Shown: piece after piece, positions 46,305 to 54,392 of the stretch | Layout of the letters: each line of letters begins with the position of its first letter | Position numbering within the stretch: position 1 is the first letter of the stretch | DNA from: Candidatus Dadabacteria bacterium | GTDB lineage: Bacteria; Desulfobacterota_D; UBA1144; Nemesobacterales; Nemesobacteraceae | Direction of reading: 5' to 3' | DNA: 54,392 nucleotides | Assembly (NCBI GenBank): GCA_022819805.1 | Contig: JAJEGO010000018.1 | Span: 1-54,392, forward strand | Translations under genes and position numbers: made by a program | The notes under the pieces: generated by a model | Seen by the model: the letters and a program-made list of their open reading frames with translations, nothing else | The model's database searches: none | What the model was told of the DNA's origin: nothing

Positions 46305-48224
46305 ATGGCTTCTAAGATAATAGGAATAGACCTTGGAACAACCAATTCATGCGTCGCCATCGTCGAGGGCGGCGAACCGAAAGTGATAATCAACGAGGAA
46401 GGCACGAGAACCACCCCGTCGGTGGTCGCGTTCCTAAAGGACGGAGACGAGGTTCTGGTCGGCGGACCGGCAAAGCGCCAGGCCGTGGCCAACCCTGAGA
46501 ACACCGTCTACTCTACCAAAAGGCTTATGGGCCGCAGGTTCGAGGAGATATCGAGCGAAGCTGACAGCCTAGCCTACAAGGTAGTGAAATCAGGCAAATC
46601 AGACGCCTGGGTCGAGGTCGAGGGAAAAGAGTACTCTCCCCCGCAGGTTTCAGCGCATGTGCTAACGAAGCTTAAAAAGGCTGCCGAGGACTACCTGGGT
46701 TCCGAAGTCCAAGAAGCCGTTATCACCGTTCCAGCGTATTTTAACGACAGCCAGCGCCAGGCAACAAAAGACGCCGGAAAGATAGCTGGTCTTGACGTAA
46801 AGCGCATAATAAACGAGCCGACCGCGGCGGCGCTTGCCTACGGGTTTGACAAGAAAAAAGAGGGCATGATAGTCGTCTACGATCTCGGGGGTGGAACTTT
46901 CGACGTATCGGTGCTTGAGGTCGGAAACAACGTAATAGAGGTAAAGTCCACAAACGGTGACACCCATCTCGGAGGAGACGATTTTGACAAGAGGGTCATT
47001 GATTACATTGTCTCCGAGTTCAAAAAGGATTCAGGAATAGACCTCGGGGCGGACAAGATGGCCGTGCAGAGACTTAGGGAAGCGGCAGAGAAGGCCAAGA
47101 TCGAGCTTTCAAACACCGTCGAGACGGAAATAAACCTGCCGTTTATAACGGCCGATGCAAGCGGTCCCAAGCACCTGGTGCTTAAGATAACACGCTCCAA
47201 GTTCGAGCAGCTGATCGAGGATCTCGTAAAAGGCACCCTCAAGCCCTGCGAGCAGGCCCTCAGGGATGCGGGGCTTCGCCCGGGCGAGATAGCCGAGGTG
47301 ATACTGGTCGGCGGATCGACCAGGATTCCGCTTGTGCAGAAAGTCGTGACTGACTTTTTCGCAAAGGAGCCGAGCAGGGGGATAAACCCAGACGAGGTGG
47401 TTGCCATGGGGGCCGCCATACAGGCGGGCGTGCTCGGCGGAGACGTAACCGACGTGCTCCTTCTAGACGTGATACCTCTCTCGCTTGGCATAGAAACCCT
47501 TGGAGGGGTAATGACCACCATAATCGAGAGAAACACGACCATTCCCACAAAGAAAAGCCAGGTTTTCACAACGGCAGAAGACAACCAGAACTCGGTTGAG
47601 ATCCACGTGCTGCAGGGAGAGCGGCAGATGGCGGCCGACAACAGGACGCTTGCCAGGTTCATCCTGTCGGGAATTCCCGCGGCGGCAAGGGGGATTCCCC
47701 AGATAGAGGTCACTTTTGACACCGACGCTGACGGAATACTTCATGTATCCGCGAAGGACAACGCAACCCAGAAGGAGCAGAAGGTCAAGGTCGAGGCTTC
47801 AAGCGGGCTAAGCAGCGACGAGATTGACTCCATGGTCGATGAAGCCGAGAAGATGTCCGAGAAAGACAAGGAGAAAAGCGAGCAGGTTCAGAAAAGAAAC
47901 CAGCTTGACGAACTTGTCTACAGGACGGACAAGAGTTTCCAGGAACTTGGCGACGGCCTATCCGAGGATGAGAAGAAAGAACTTGAACAGGCCCTTGAGG
48001 AAGGAAGGGAGGCGCTTAAGTCGGATGATCCGGGCAAGATCGACCAAGCGACGGAGAAAATAACCGCCGTTTCTCATAAGCTTGCGGAGCTTATGTACAA
48101 GAAGCAGCAGGAAGAAGCCGCCGCGGGAGCCGGAGAGGGCGGAGCTGAGGGCCAGGCCCCAGAACAGGGAAATTCCACCTCGGGCGATGACGTGATAGAC
48201 GCCGAATTTACCGAACAAAAGTAA
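46305..48224 (+). CDS. dnaK: Chaperone DnaK
   Basis: [42 protein letters not shown]-terminus. Confidence 0.99.
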   Translation: MASKIIGIDLGTTNSCVAIVEGGEPKVIINEEGTRTTPSVVAFLKDGDEVLVGGPAKRQAVANPENTVYSTKRLMGRRFEEISSEADSLAYKVVKSGKSDAWVEVEGKEYSPPQVSAHVLTKLKKAAEDYLGSEVQEAVITVPAYFNDSQRQATKDAGKIAGLDVKRIINEPTAAALAYGFDKKKEGMIVVYDLGGGTFDVSVLEVGNNVIEVKSTNGDTHLGGDDFDKRVIDYIVSEFKKDSGIDLGADKMAVQRLREAAEKAKIELSNTVETEINLPFITADASGPKHLVLKITRSKFEQLIEDLVKGTLKPCEQALRDAGLRPGEIAEVILVGGSTRIPLVQKVVTDFFAKEPSRGINPDEVVAMGAAIQAGVLGGDVTDVLLLDVIPLSLGIETLGGVMTTIIERNTTIPTKKSQVFTTAEDNQNSVEIHVLQGERQMAADNRTLARFILSGIPAAARGIPQIEVTFDTDADGILHVSAKDNATQKEQKVKVEASSGLSSDEIDSMVDEAEKMSEKDKEKSEQVQKRNQLDELVYRTDKSFQELGDGLSEDEKKELEQALEEGREALKSDDPGKIDQATEKITAVSHKLAELMYKKQQEEAAAGAGEGGAEGQAPEQGNSTSGDDVIDAEFTEQK

Positions 48225-48254
48225 TAGCGCTGGGTCTCACAGAGCTAGACAATT

Positions 48255-48677
48255 ATGCAGAATGATAAAGAAAGCAAAAATGATAGAAATTTTTACGTAG
48301 ACCATCTCATAAGGGGGTATTACTCAGCTAATTTCAACTACGACAGGAGTATCATGACCGTGGCGGGCGGTGCCCTGACGGTCTTCGTTGTTTTTATAGA
48401 CAAGATGGTGGATATGGACTCGGTTCAATGCTTTCCACTGATGAAGTTTTCTTGGATTCTCTTTGCCTTAAGCTTGGCTGTGATAATCTTTCGCCATTAT
48501 TCCGGGGTAAAAGCACATGAGAAAGCCCTTAAACAGTTGGATAAGGGAAAGGAGAAGAAAAATGAGCCGACGGGAGGCAAATGGAACAAAATCTCAGAAT
48601 ACTGTCTTTTTACCTCCTGCATATTAGTGAGTTTTGGATTTATTTTGGCCGCGATCTTTATTTACAAAAACATATAG
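48255..48677 (+). CDS. Hypothetical 3-TM membrane protein
   Basis: Three hydrophobic helices in 140 aa. Confidence 0.7.
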   Translation: MQNDKESKNDRNFYVDHLIRGYYSANFNYDRSIMTVAGGALTVFVVFIDKMVDMDSVQCFPLMKFSWILFALSLAVIIFRHYSGVKAHEKALKQLDKGKEKKNEPTGGKWNKISEYCLFTSCILVSFGFILAAIFIYKNI

Positions 48678-48688
48678 GAGGTAAAGTG

Positions 48689-48889
48689 ATGTCCAAGAAA
48701 TCAGATAGAATTACTCAAGAAATTCGTAAGATTAAAGAAAAATATCCCCCTGGTCGCCATTCCGTTCCCCACATCCCGGAGGAGAACTTTCCTAGTTCAA
48801 CCGAGGAACCTGAACCGCCGGCAGGGGGCCCTTCAGAGGAAAGCGACAATTCGGTCCAAGAAGATAGTTCTGGAGACAATACCGAGTAG
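48689..48889 (+). CDS. Small basic-then-acidic/proline-rich hypothetical protein (66 aa)
   Basis: AGGAGG RBS overlapping the upstream stop; ATG 48689. Confidence 0.5.
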   Translation: MSKKSDRITQEIRKIKEKYPPGRHSVPHIPEENFPSSTEEPEPPAGGPSEESDNSVQEDSSGDNTE

Positions 48890-49059
48890 TAAGTTTTGTC
48901 TTGCCCGTTTGTTGGTTGTTTTGCCGAGTTCTAGCCCTGAGAATCTTTTCGAGCATATTCCAAAGTTTCGGGAAGTTGTCAGATTCAGAAACAACGGCGA
49001 GAGAACAGAATAAGAAAGTATGCCAAGAATAATCGACACATGAAATTCATGATAAGGAG

Positions 49060-49818
49060 ATGAACATGACTCAAGGATTCAATGATTTGGACAAGAGGTT
49101 CACAGTGCGCTCTAAAAGTTTTCAGCAGGAGTTTCAGCACCTAAAAGACCCGGAGAATGCATTCGGAATTCGTTTCACCGCAGTACCCGTGGGTGATGAA
49201 GTCTGCTTGGATTGTGTTTTTCGCCACGAAACAGTCGCAGAAAAATTTAAAGAACCGCAGCCTAAGGTTTTCATTCAGAAAAGTGGAAGGAGCAGACGGC
49301 TTCTAAAAGATGAGAGGATCTTCTCTTCCCTCAGATGGTGGCCTATTCCAAATGGTGGCGCACGGCAAGCACTTGCAGTTGGTGACACCAAGTTCTCTGT
49401 TCATAGTTATCGGGAACTTCACCGCGACGGACTTATAGAAATGGGCTTTGTTTCAAACTTTCATTATGAAGGTGATCTTTGCCTTCTGTCCGACTTGCCT
49501 TTTGTTGTTTTCTCTAATCTGATGGTATGGACCAACCATATCAGAAATCAAGTTTCTGTTCCCACGGCGGAATATGCTATTGAAACTGAGATTCGTACCA
49601 GAGGCACTTATGTGATCGTAACAGATGAGTATGCAGCTAAAGATTTTGCAATAAGAACTGGAACGGTATTTCCGCCGGAAACAAGAAGTTCTCTCAGACA
49701 TCGGCTTGGTAATTCTGGAGAAATTTCAGAGCTCGTTGCATCGTTTTATTATGATTTTTGGGATTTTTTCCCTAAGTATGTTGCTGCCAAAGAGGTAGTT
49801 TTTACGATAGAAGATTGA
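49060..49818 (+). CDS. Hypothetical protein resembling the C-terminal domain of AlbA_2/Schlafen-like proteins
   Basis: AAGGAG RBS; 'GIRFTAVPV...YRELHRDGLIE' pattern; no N-terminal AlbA domain seen. Confidence 0.5.
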   Translation: MNMTQGFNDLDKRFTVRSKSFQQEFQHLKDPENAFGIRFTAVPVGDEVCLDCVFRHETVAEKFKEPQPKVFIQKSGRSRRLLKDERIFSSLRWWPIPNGGARQALAVGDTKFSVHSYRELHRDGLIEMGFVSNFHYEGDLCLLSDLPFVVFSNLMVWTNHIRNQVSVPTAEYAIETEIRTRGTYVIVTDEYAAKDFAIRTGTVFPPETRSSLRHRLGNSGEISELVASFYYDFWDFFPKYVAAKEVVFTIED

Positions 49819-49885
49819 ACGGGTGATTAAATTTTTCCCCGCACGGTATTTCAGATAAAAAGGAGTCCGAATTTTAAGACAACGA

Positions 49886-50326
49886 ATGAGCCAACATCGT
49901 ATACATGTTTTCATAAGCCACTCATGGTCATATTCGCATCACTACTCCACCCTGCGCAGATGGATATTTGAAGAAAAGAACCATCTCGGACAGGCTTCGC
50001 TGAGATTTCGCGATTTCTCTGTGCCGAAAGATAATCCGATCCATAAAGTGTCCAACGCCAAGGCTTTGAGGGAAGCCATTTACAGAAAGATTGAAAGGAG
50101 TCACGTTATAGTTATTCCATTAGGTATGTATGCAAACTACAGCAATTGGATTAAAAAAGAGATTCAAGGCGCAAAGCTAAAATCAAAGCCGATTCTGGGA
50201 GTCAATCCATGGGGTCAACTGCGAAGCCCTTCAGTTGTGGGGAATGCCGCTCAAAACACGGTCGGTTGGAATAAAAAAAGCATCATTCGAGGGATCTGGG
50301 AGTTGTATCGCAATGACCGATCTTGA
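49886..50326 (+). CDS. TIR domain protein (ThsB/DUF1863-like)
   Basis: VFISHSW, DFSVP..PIH, VIVIPLGMY...SNWIKKEI (putative catalytic Glu), KPILGV.PWG, VGWN. Confidence 0.9.
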   Translation: MSQHRIHVFISHSWSYSHHYSTLRRWIFEEKNHLGQASLRFRDFSVPKDNPIHKVSNAKALREAIYRKIERSHVIVIPLGMYANYSNWIKKEIQGAKLKSKPILGVNPWGQLRSPSVVGNAAQNTVGWNKKSIIRGIWELYRNDRS

Positions 50327-50735
50327 CCATAAGCTTGAGATCTACAAGGTTTACATTTCCACCATTACGGCCAATGAGAACCGCCGACAGCAGGCATCAG
50401 TCGTATATCTTGGCATGGTTGCGGCAATCGTTACTGCAGTTGGTGTTGTTAGCAATAGGATGCCGTTGATTTATCCGGCTTCGTTAATTTTCTTGATATC
50501 GGCGATCTGGTTTTTAACTATCAGATATTTTCGCAGGTTAGCAAAGGCGAAGTTTTCAGTGGTTTCTGAAATAGAGAAAGATCTTCCTATTGCCCCCTTT
50601 GAAATGGAATGGGAGATATTAAGCGCCGGAAAGAACAACCGAATCAGTTTGACTCATCTGGAGATGTTTCTTCCCTTGTTTATTGCTTTGGGTTGCCTAG
50701 CTTACATTGTTTTCCATGTCGTTCCTCGTTGTTAA
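50313..50735 (+). CDS. 3-TM membrane protein (RipA-like oligomeric membrane protein family) coupled to the TIR gene
   Basis: EIYKVY...RRQ...W...I..F.RL.KAKF.V..IE..LP..PF..EW...L..LE..LP; overlaps the TIR stop by 14 bp. Confidence 0.75.
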   Translation: MTDLDHKLEIYKVYISTITANENRRQQASVVYLGMVAAIVTAVGVVSNRMPLIYPASLIFLISAIWFLTIRYFRRLAKAKFSVVSEIEKDLPIAPFEMEWEILSAGKNNRISLTHLEMFLPLFIALGCLAYIVFHVVPRC

Positions 50736-50785
50736 TTAGGCAAGAACTATGCGTGTAATTTATGGATAGGATGGTCAATATTTTT

Positions 50786-51939
50786 GGGAATTACCAAATT
50801 AAGTTGACTGCTTTTCTTGCTTATTAAGTGGGAATTATTAAGTGAGCACAATGAGGTATGGATTTGGAACTTCAGCGAATCCAATCGAGTAAAGAAAACT
50901 CAGGTAAAATAACAAAGCTTGCTCTTAGGGTTGCAAAGTCTTTCTGCGGGCGAGCTTAGCTTGTAATTCCCAGAGAAAGGATTTACGTTATGGCTCGAAA
51001 AATTTCAGCATCTCAACTGCGTAGCAAACTTCGTCAGATTCAAAACAAAAATAGACAGGCTGTAGATAAGTATAACCGCGAAGTTCGTAAAGTTAACCGG
51101 AAGCTTAAGCAGTCTGTTGATCAATACAACAATCAAGTTCGAGAATATAATAGAAGAGTTCGGGCAAATCAACGAAGAATTAAGTCGGAGCTTAACAGAC
51201 TTCAGTCAAGAAAAGTATCAGTTCGCTATCAAGTGATAACAACATCTGCCATATCTCTTAACACTCACTACGAAATTCTCAATGCTAAGGAACAAGAGTT
51301 TGAAAACACACATTTTGGTAATGTTTTCCTTGATCTATCTGAAAAAGAAAACGCCAACAGCCTGCAAGTCTCAAACGTTCTGGAGTCTGATTCAGGTTCA
51401 GAGCAGATAATTGCAGACTTATCTTCATTGAGCCATACGGAAATCAGTGGCGATCTTGAATCAATCTCACATGATCTGAAAGACAGGTGGGAGGGAGCTC
51501 TGTTTTCATTGAGTCCTAGGAACCCTGATGCGGCACGTCATTTCTGTACAAGTGCTCGGGAGATACTTGTTAAGATTCTGGATACTGCTGCACCTAATGA
51601 CGCTGTGAAAAGCACTTTTCCTGGTTGTGAAACCACAGACCAAAATGTTCCAATTCGAAAAGAAAAGATCAGATATTTGCTTAAGCGGGCAGGGATAATA
51701 AATAATTCTGCAGTAAATTTCGTCGATGAAAATGTTAAAAATGTTCTTGAACTTATTCAAATGTTAAGCGGTGGTACACACGAGCCTTCGGGAAAATTCA
51801 GTATTAATCAACTCATGGTTATTAAAACGAGAGTCGAGGACGCAATAACATATCTTTTCTCTATTCAAGAACACCAAATATAAAAGAGCTTAACTATTTG
51901 CTCTTTATAACTTACTGTCAACTCAACTTGGTAATTCCC
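50786..51939. mobile_element. Non-autonomous cassette bounded by 25-bp terminal inverted repeats (50786-50810 / 51915-51939)
   Basis: gggaattaccaaattaagttgactg vs reverse complement gggaattaccaagttgagttgacag (22/25). Confidence 0.7.
50990..51883 (+). CDS. Coiled-coil + predicted pPIWI-associating nuclease-like domain
   Basis: Basic YN..VR coiled-coil N-terminus; W.GA..L...NPDAARHFCTSAREIL..IL...AP...V...R.EKIRYLL...GTH. Confidence 0.65.
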   Translation: MARKISASQLRSKLRQIQNKNRQAVDKYNREVRKVNRKLKQSVDQYNNQVREYNRRVRANQRRIKSELNRLQSRKVSVRYQVITTSAISLNTHYEILNAKEQEFENTHFGNVFLDLSEKENANSLQVSNVLESDSGSEQIIADLSSLSHTEISGDLESISHDLKDRWEGALFSLSPRNPDAARHFCTSAREILVKILDTAAPNDAVKSTFPGCETTDQNVPIRKEKIRYLLKRAGIINNSAVNFVDENVKNVLELIQMLSGGTHEPSGKFSINQLMVIKTRVEDAITYLFSIQEHQI

Positions 51940-52118
51940 CTTTATTCCTCTTCTTTTAGAATAAAAGAGTGATCAAACCATCCTTCCAACCACATTCCGA
52001 TTACCCAGAAATAACAATTCAGGCAATTAAGAGATTTACTTTCAAGAGAAGGACTGTTCAATCTTAAAATATGGTATGATCTTCAAACCAATTTTGCAAA
52101 TTATCTAGAAGTTCCAAT

Positions 52119-54110
52119 ATGATTGAGATCTTGGGAAACATTAAAGGTAGTGAATATGAAGCAGCAGAGAAGCTGAAAACACTATTTCTAAACATTTGGC
52201 CCGATCTCGCCAAAAGCAAAAATGACCGACTTGTAATCTTTGTTGGATACACGGTACATGAAGCAAGGATAAAAGATATTGACTTGATTGTAATAGGAGA
52301 TTTTGCCGACAATCGAAACGTTCAATTTCCAATAGATCCTTCTCAACCCCCAACTCGGCGTGGGAATGCCTCAAAAAAAACCTTCGAAGTAAAGAATTTT
52401 GTAATAGTAATGGAGGTCAAGAGTAACGACCCGCGATATGTTAGATTCTCGGGTGGAAACGCCTTGGTCAAATATTCCAACCGAGAAAGTTGGCATTCCG
52501 TTACTGACCAAAGTAGGGGACAGCTTTACTCTTTTAAAAATCACCTCAAATCCAAACAGGTAGATGATTTTTTCGTCAGCAACTTGATATTTTTTACACA
52601 ACTTGAGCACTTCAACTTACCTGGTGGCGGATTCGACAACTTCATCGCATCGAATACGCCCATCGAAACAATCCTATACAAAGCACATTCCCAGTTTGCC
52701 ACATACAAAAGCAGGCAGCCGGATGAAACCACCATGGCTTATGCAAAAGACAATTATGAAATTAAAAAACTGTATGAAATCATGGAGGAAATACGCCCAA
52801 CACCTCTGGATAGACGCAGAATGGACCAGATGGCAAGTGCCCAATGGAGAAGGAAATGGCTAAATGATATTGGGAAAAAGCAAATTATAATCAGAGGACG
52901 CGCAGGGACGGGGAAAACAGTTGCACTTATGCAACTCGCTGACCATGCTTTCCGTATACACAATAAACGTTCATTGTTGATTACATACAACCTAGCCTTG
53001 GTAGCAGACTTGAACCGACTGAAAGGACTGATGGGGATCCCAGATGATCTGATAAACGGTGGTATTTCGATTTCGACAATCCACTCTTTAATCGGAAAAT
53101 TGACACGGAGAATGGGCATATCTGGCGACAATTTTTATAATCGATTTGAAGACATAAAAAACGAAATTTTAGACCATATAAGACACGGATCTGTAACACA
53201 GGAAGATGTGGAGCAATATAAAAGATCTTCTCCGCAGGATTTTCGCTTTGATGTGGTTTTTGTGGACGAAGGACAGGATTGGCCAGACAATGAAATTGAG
53301 ATATTAAGGTGGTTTTTCGGTCTGCAAAATATTGTTGTAGCAGACGGGGTGGATCAGTATGTGCGAACCCGGAGAAATACTCGTCCGGAGAATGCTAAGG
53401 GTTGGGATCGAGGATTAGAACCTGACTCTTATGTTCGACACAGTTTGCGTAAAGGCGTACGCATGAAAAACAACCTAGCAGTGTTTATGGCCGATGTAGC
53501 CTGGGATGTTTTTAAGCTCGACAAATGGGATGTAGATCCAGACGATAAGGCCATTGGGGGACGTGTATTGATCCTTGAAGGTGATTTGGTTTCGCGACCA
53601 GACGTGTATAAGGAATTGTATGAACAGGCACGAGACGAAGGGAATTCTCCGATAGATATGCTAGCTTGTGTGCCCCCCAATATGGTCAAAAGATCAAAAG
53701 AATACGGGTACTCGGTAGTGGGAAAAAATTATGGAAATGATGGTATAAAATGTTGGGATGCATGCTCAGACATAGTCCGAAAGGAAGTTCTCCCAAGCAA
53801 GGATGCGTTTCGTATTGTACAGTACCAGTCAAGTCGAGGACTGGAGGGTTGGACAGTTTTTTTGTTTCGCTTTGATGAATTCTGGAACGTTAAATACAAT
53901 GAGGGCTTAGATACGGCAAAGGGCCGTAGGGAAATGTTCCCTGAAGATTATGCCTGTAGGTATGCAGGGCAATGGATGATGATTCCGATGTCAAGAGCAA
54001 TTGATACGCTTGTAATTAATTTAGGTCATGGAGACAGCACGATCAAAGACGATCTGCTAAAAATATACAAAAAGGGCGGTCATGACTGTATTGAGTGGAG
54101 AATACTCTAA
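52119..54110 (+). CDS. NERD-like nuclease fused to SF1 helicase
   Basis: E..A / DIDLIVIG / MEVKS nuclease motifs; Walker A GRAGTGKT; VDEGQD; SSRGLEG; MSRA. Confidence 0.85.
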   Translation: MIEILGNIKGSEYEAAEKLKTLFLNIWPDLAKSKNDRLVIFVGYTVHEARIKDIDLIVIGDFADNRNVQFPIDPSQPPTRRGNASKKTFEVKNFVIVMEVKSNDPRYVRFSGGNALVKYSNRESWHSVTDQSRGQLYSFKNHLKSKQVDDFFVSNLIFFTQLEHFNLPGGGFDNFIASNTPIETILYKAHSQFATYKSRQPDETTMAYAKDNYEIKKLYEIMEEIRPTPLDRRRMDQMASAQWRRKWLNDIGKKQIIIRGRAGTGKTVALMQLADHAFRIHNKRSLLITYNLALVADLNRLKGLMGIPDDLINGGISISTIHSLIGKLTRRMGISGDNFYNRFEDIKNEILDHIRHGSVTQEDVEQYKRSSPQDFRFDVVFVDEGQDWPDNEIEILRWFFGLQNIVVADGVDQYVRTRRNTRPENAKGWDRGLEPDSYVRHSLRKGVRMKNNLAVFMADVAWDVFKLDKWDVDPDDKAIGGRVLILEGDLVSRPDVYKELYEQARDEGNSPIDMLACVPPNMVKRSKEYGYSVVGKNYGNDGIKCWDACSDIVRKEVLPSKDAFRIVQYQSSRGLEGWTVFLFRFDEFWNVKYNEGLDTAKGRREMFPEDYACRYAGQWMMIPMSRAIDTLVINLGHGDSTIKDDLLKIYKKGGHDCIEWRIL

Positions 54111-54166
54111 TCTGTGTAGAACTGTATATAATCCCAAAAGATTAATTCGAATATAATTTCCCGGTT

Positions 54167-54392
54167 ATGAATGAAAACAAAGTCTTAAGAATGAGCTTCG
54201 ACCCCCAGACCATAGTGCATCTGGGGATAAAGATGTATTCTCGAATTCCCAATGCCATTGCAGAGTTAATTGCGAATTCCTACGACGCAGATGCCGGAGA
54301 GGCAAAAGTAAAGCTTTACGACAAGGTCAGCGAGAAGAGAATCGAGGTTGTCGATGACGGAGTCGGGATGGATTTTGCTGAAATTAACGAAA
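54167..54392 (+). CDS. GHKL (HATPase_c_3/MORC-like) ATPase, truncated by the window end
   Basis: Hand translation: MNENKVLRMSFDPQTIVHLGIKMYSRIPNAIAELIANSYDADA...IEVVDDGVGM. Confidence 0.85.
   Translation, partial: MNENKVLRMSFDPQTIVHLGIKMYSRIPNAIAELIANSYDADAGEAKVKLYDKVSEKRIEVVDDGVGMDFAEINE

Noticed and set aside
23764-50326. SIR2 gene plus TIR gene as a split canonical Thoeris system
   Set aside because: About 25 kb apart in separate patches, and the SIR2 protein shows no SLOG domain
44568-51947. Target-site duplications flanking the IR cassettes
   Set aside because: The 8-bp flanks differ (accctctt/aaattatg; atattttt/ctttattc), so no TSD is claimed

Overview
Bacterial chromosomal window with no rRNA, tRNA or CRISPR array. 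Most of it is core genes (alaS, rplU/rpmA, thpR, tolB, lgt/lnt, hisCD, ptsH, mqnC, eda, perR-like, efp, mutL, degP-like, aroK, ribE, lspA, tonB, greA, carB, rpoH, dnaK). The gene set suggests a diderm of the deltaproteobacteria-related lineages (e.g. Ca. Dadabacteria); this is an unverified impression. Three accessory patches interrupt the core. (i) ~21.7-25.2 kb: Zn-ribbon ORF, DUF6680-like gene, standalone SIR2 gene and a RelB/DinJ remnant, with an imperfect inverted repeat. (ii) ~41.0-45.1 kb: two PD-(D/E)XK-like genes, an orphan ORF and an IS110 element. (iii) 48.2 kb to the end: a defence-like island (TIR + membrane protein, pPIWI-associated-nuclease-like, NERD-like/SF1 helicase, GHKL ATPase). 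The main unexplained structure is a family of GGGAATTAC-type ~24-bp terminal inverted repeats bracketing single cargo genes with no transposase. One copy has been split by an IS110 element whose structured upstream non-coding region (candidate bridge RNA) contains GAATTACATA, matching that target. A C9 tract also puts the ATG of a large surface protein out of frame with its signal peptide (candidate phase variation).
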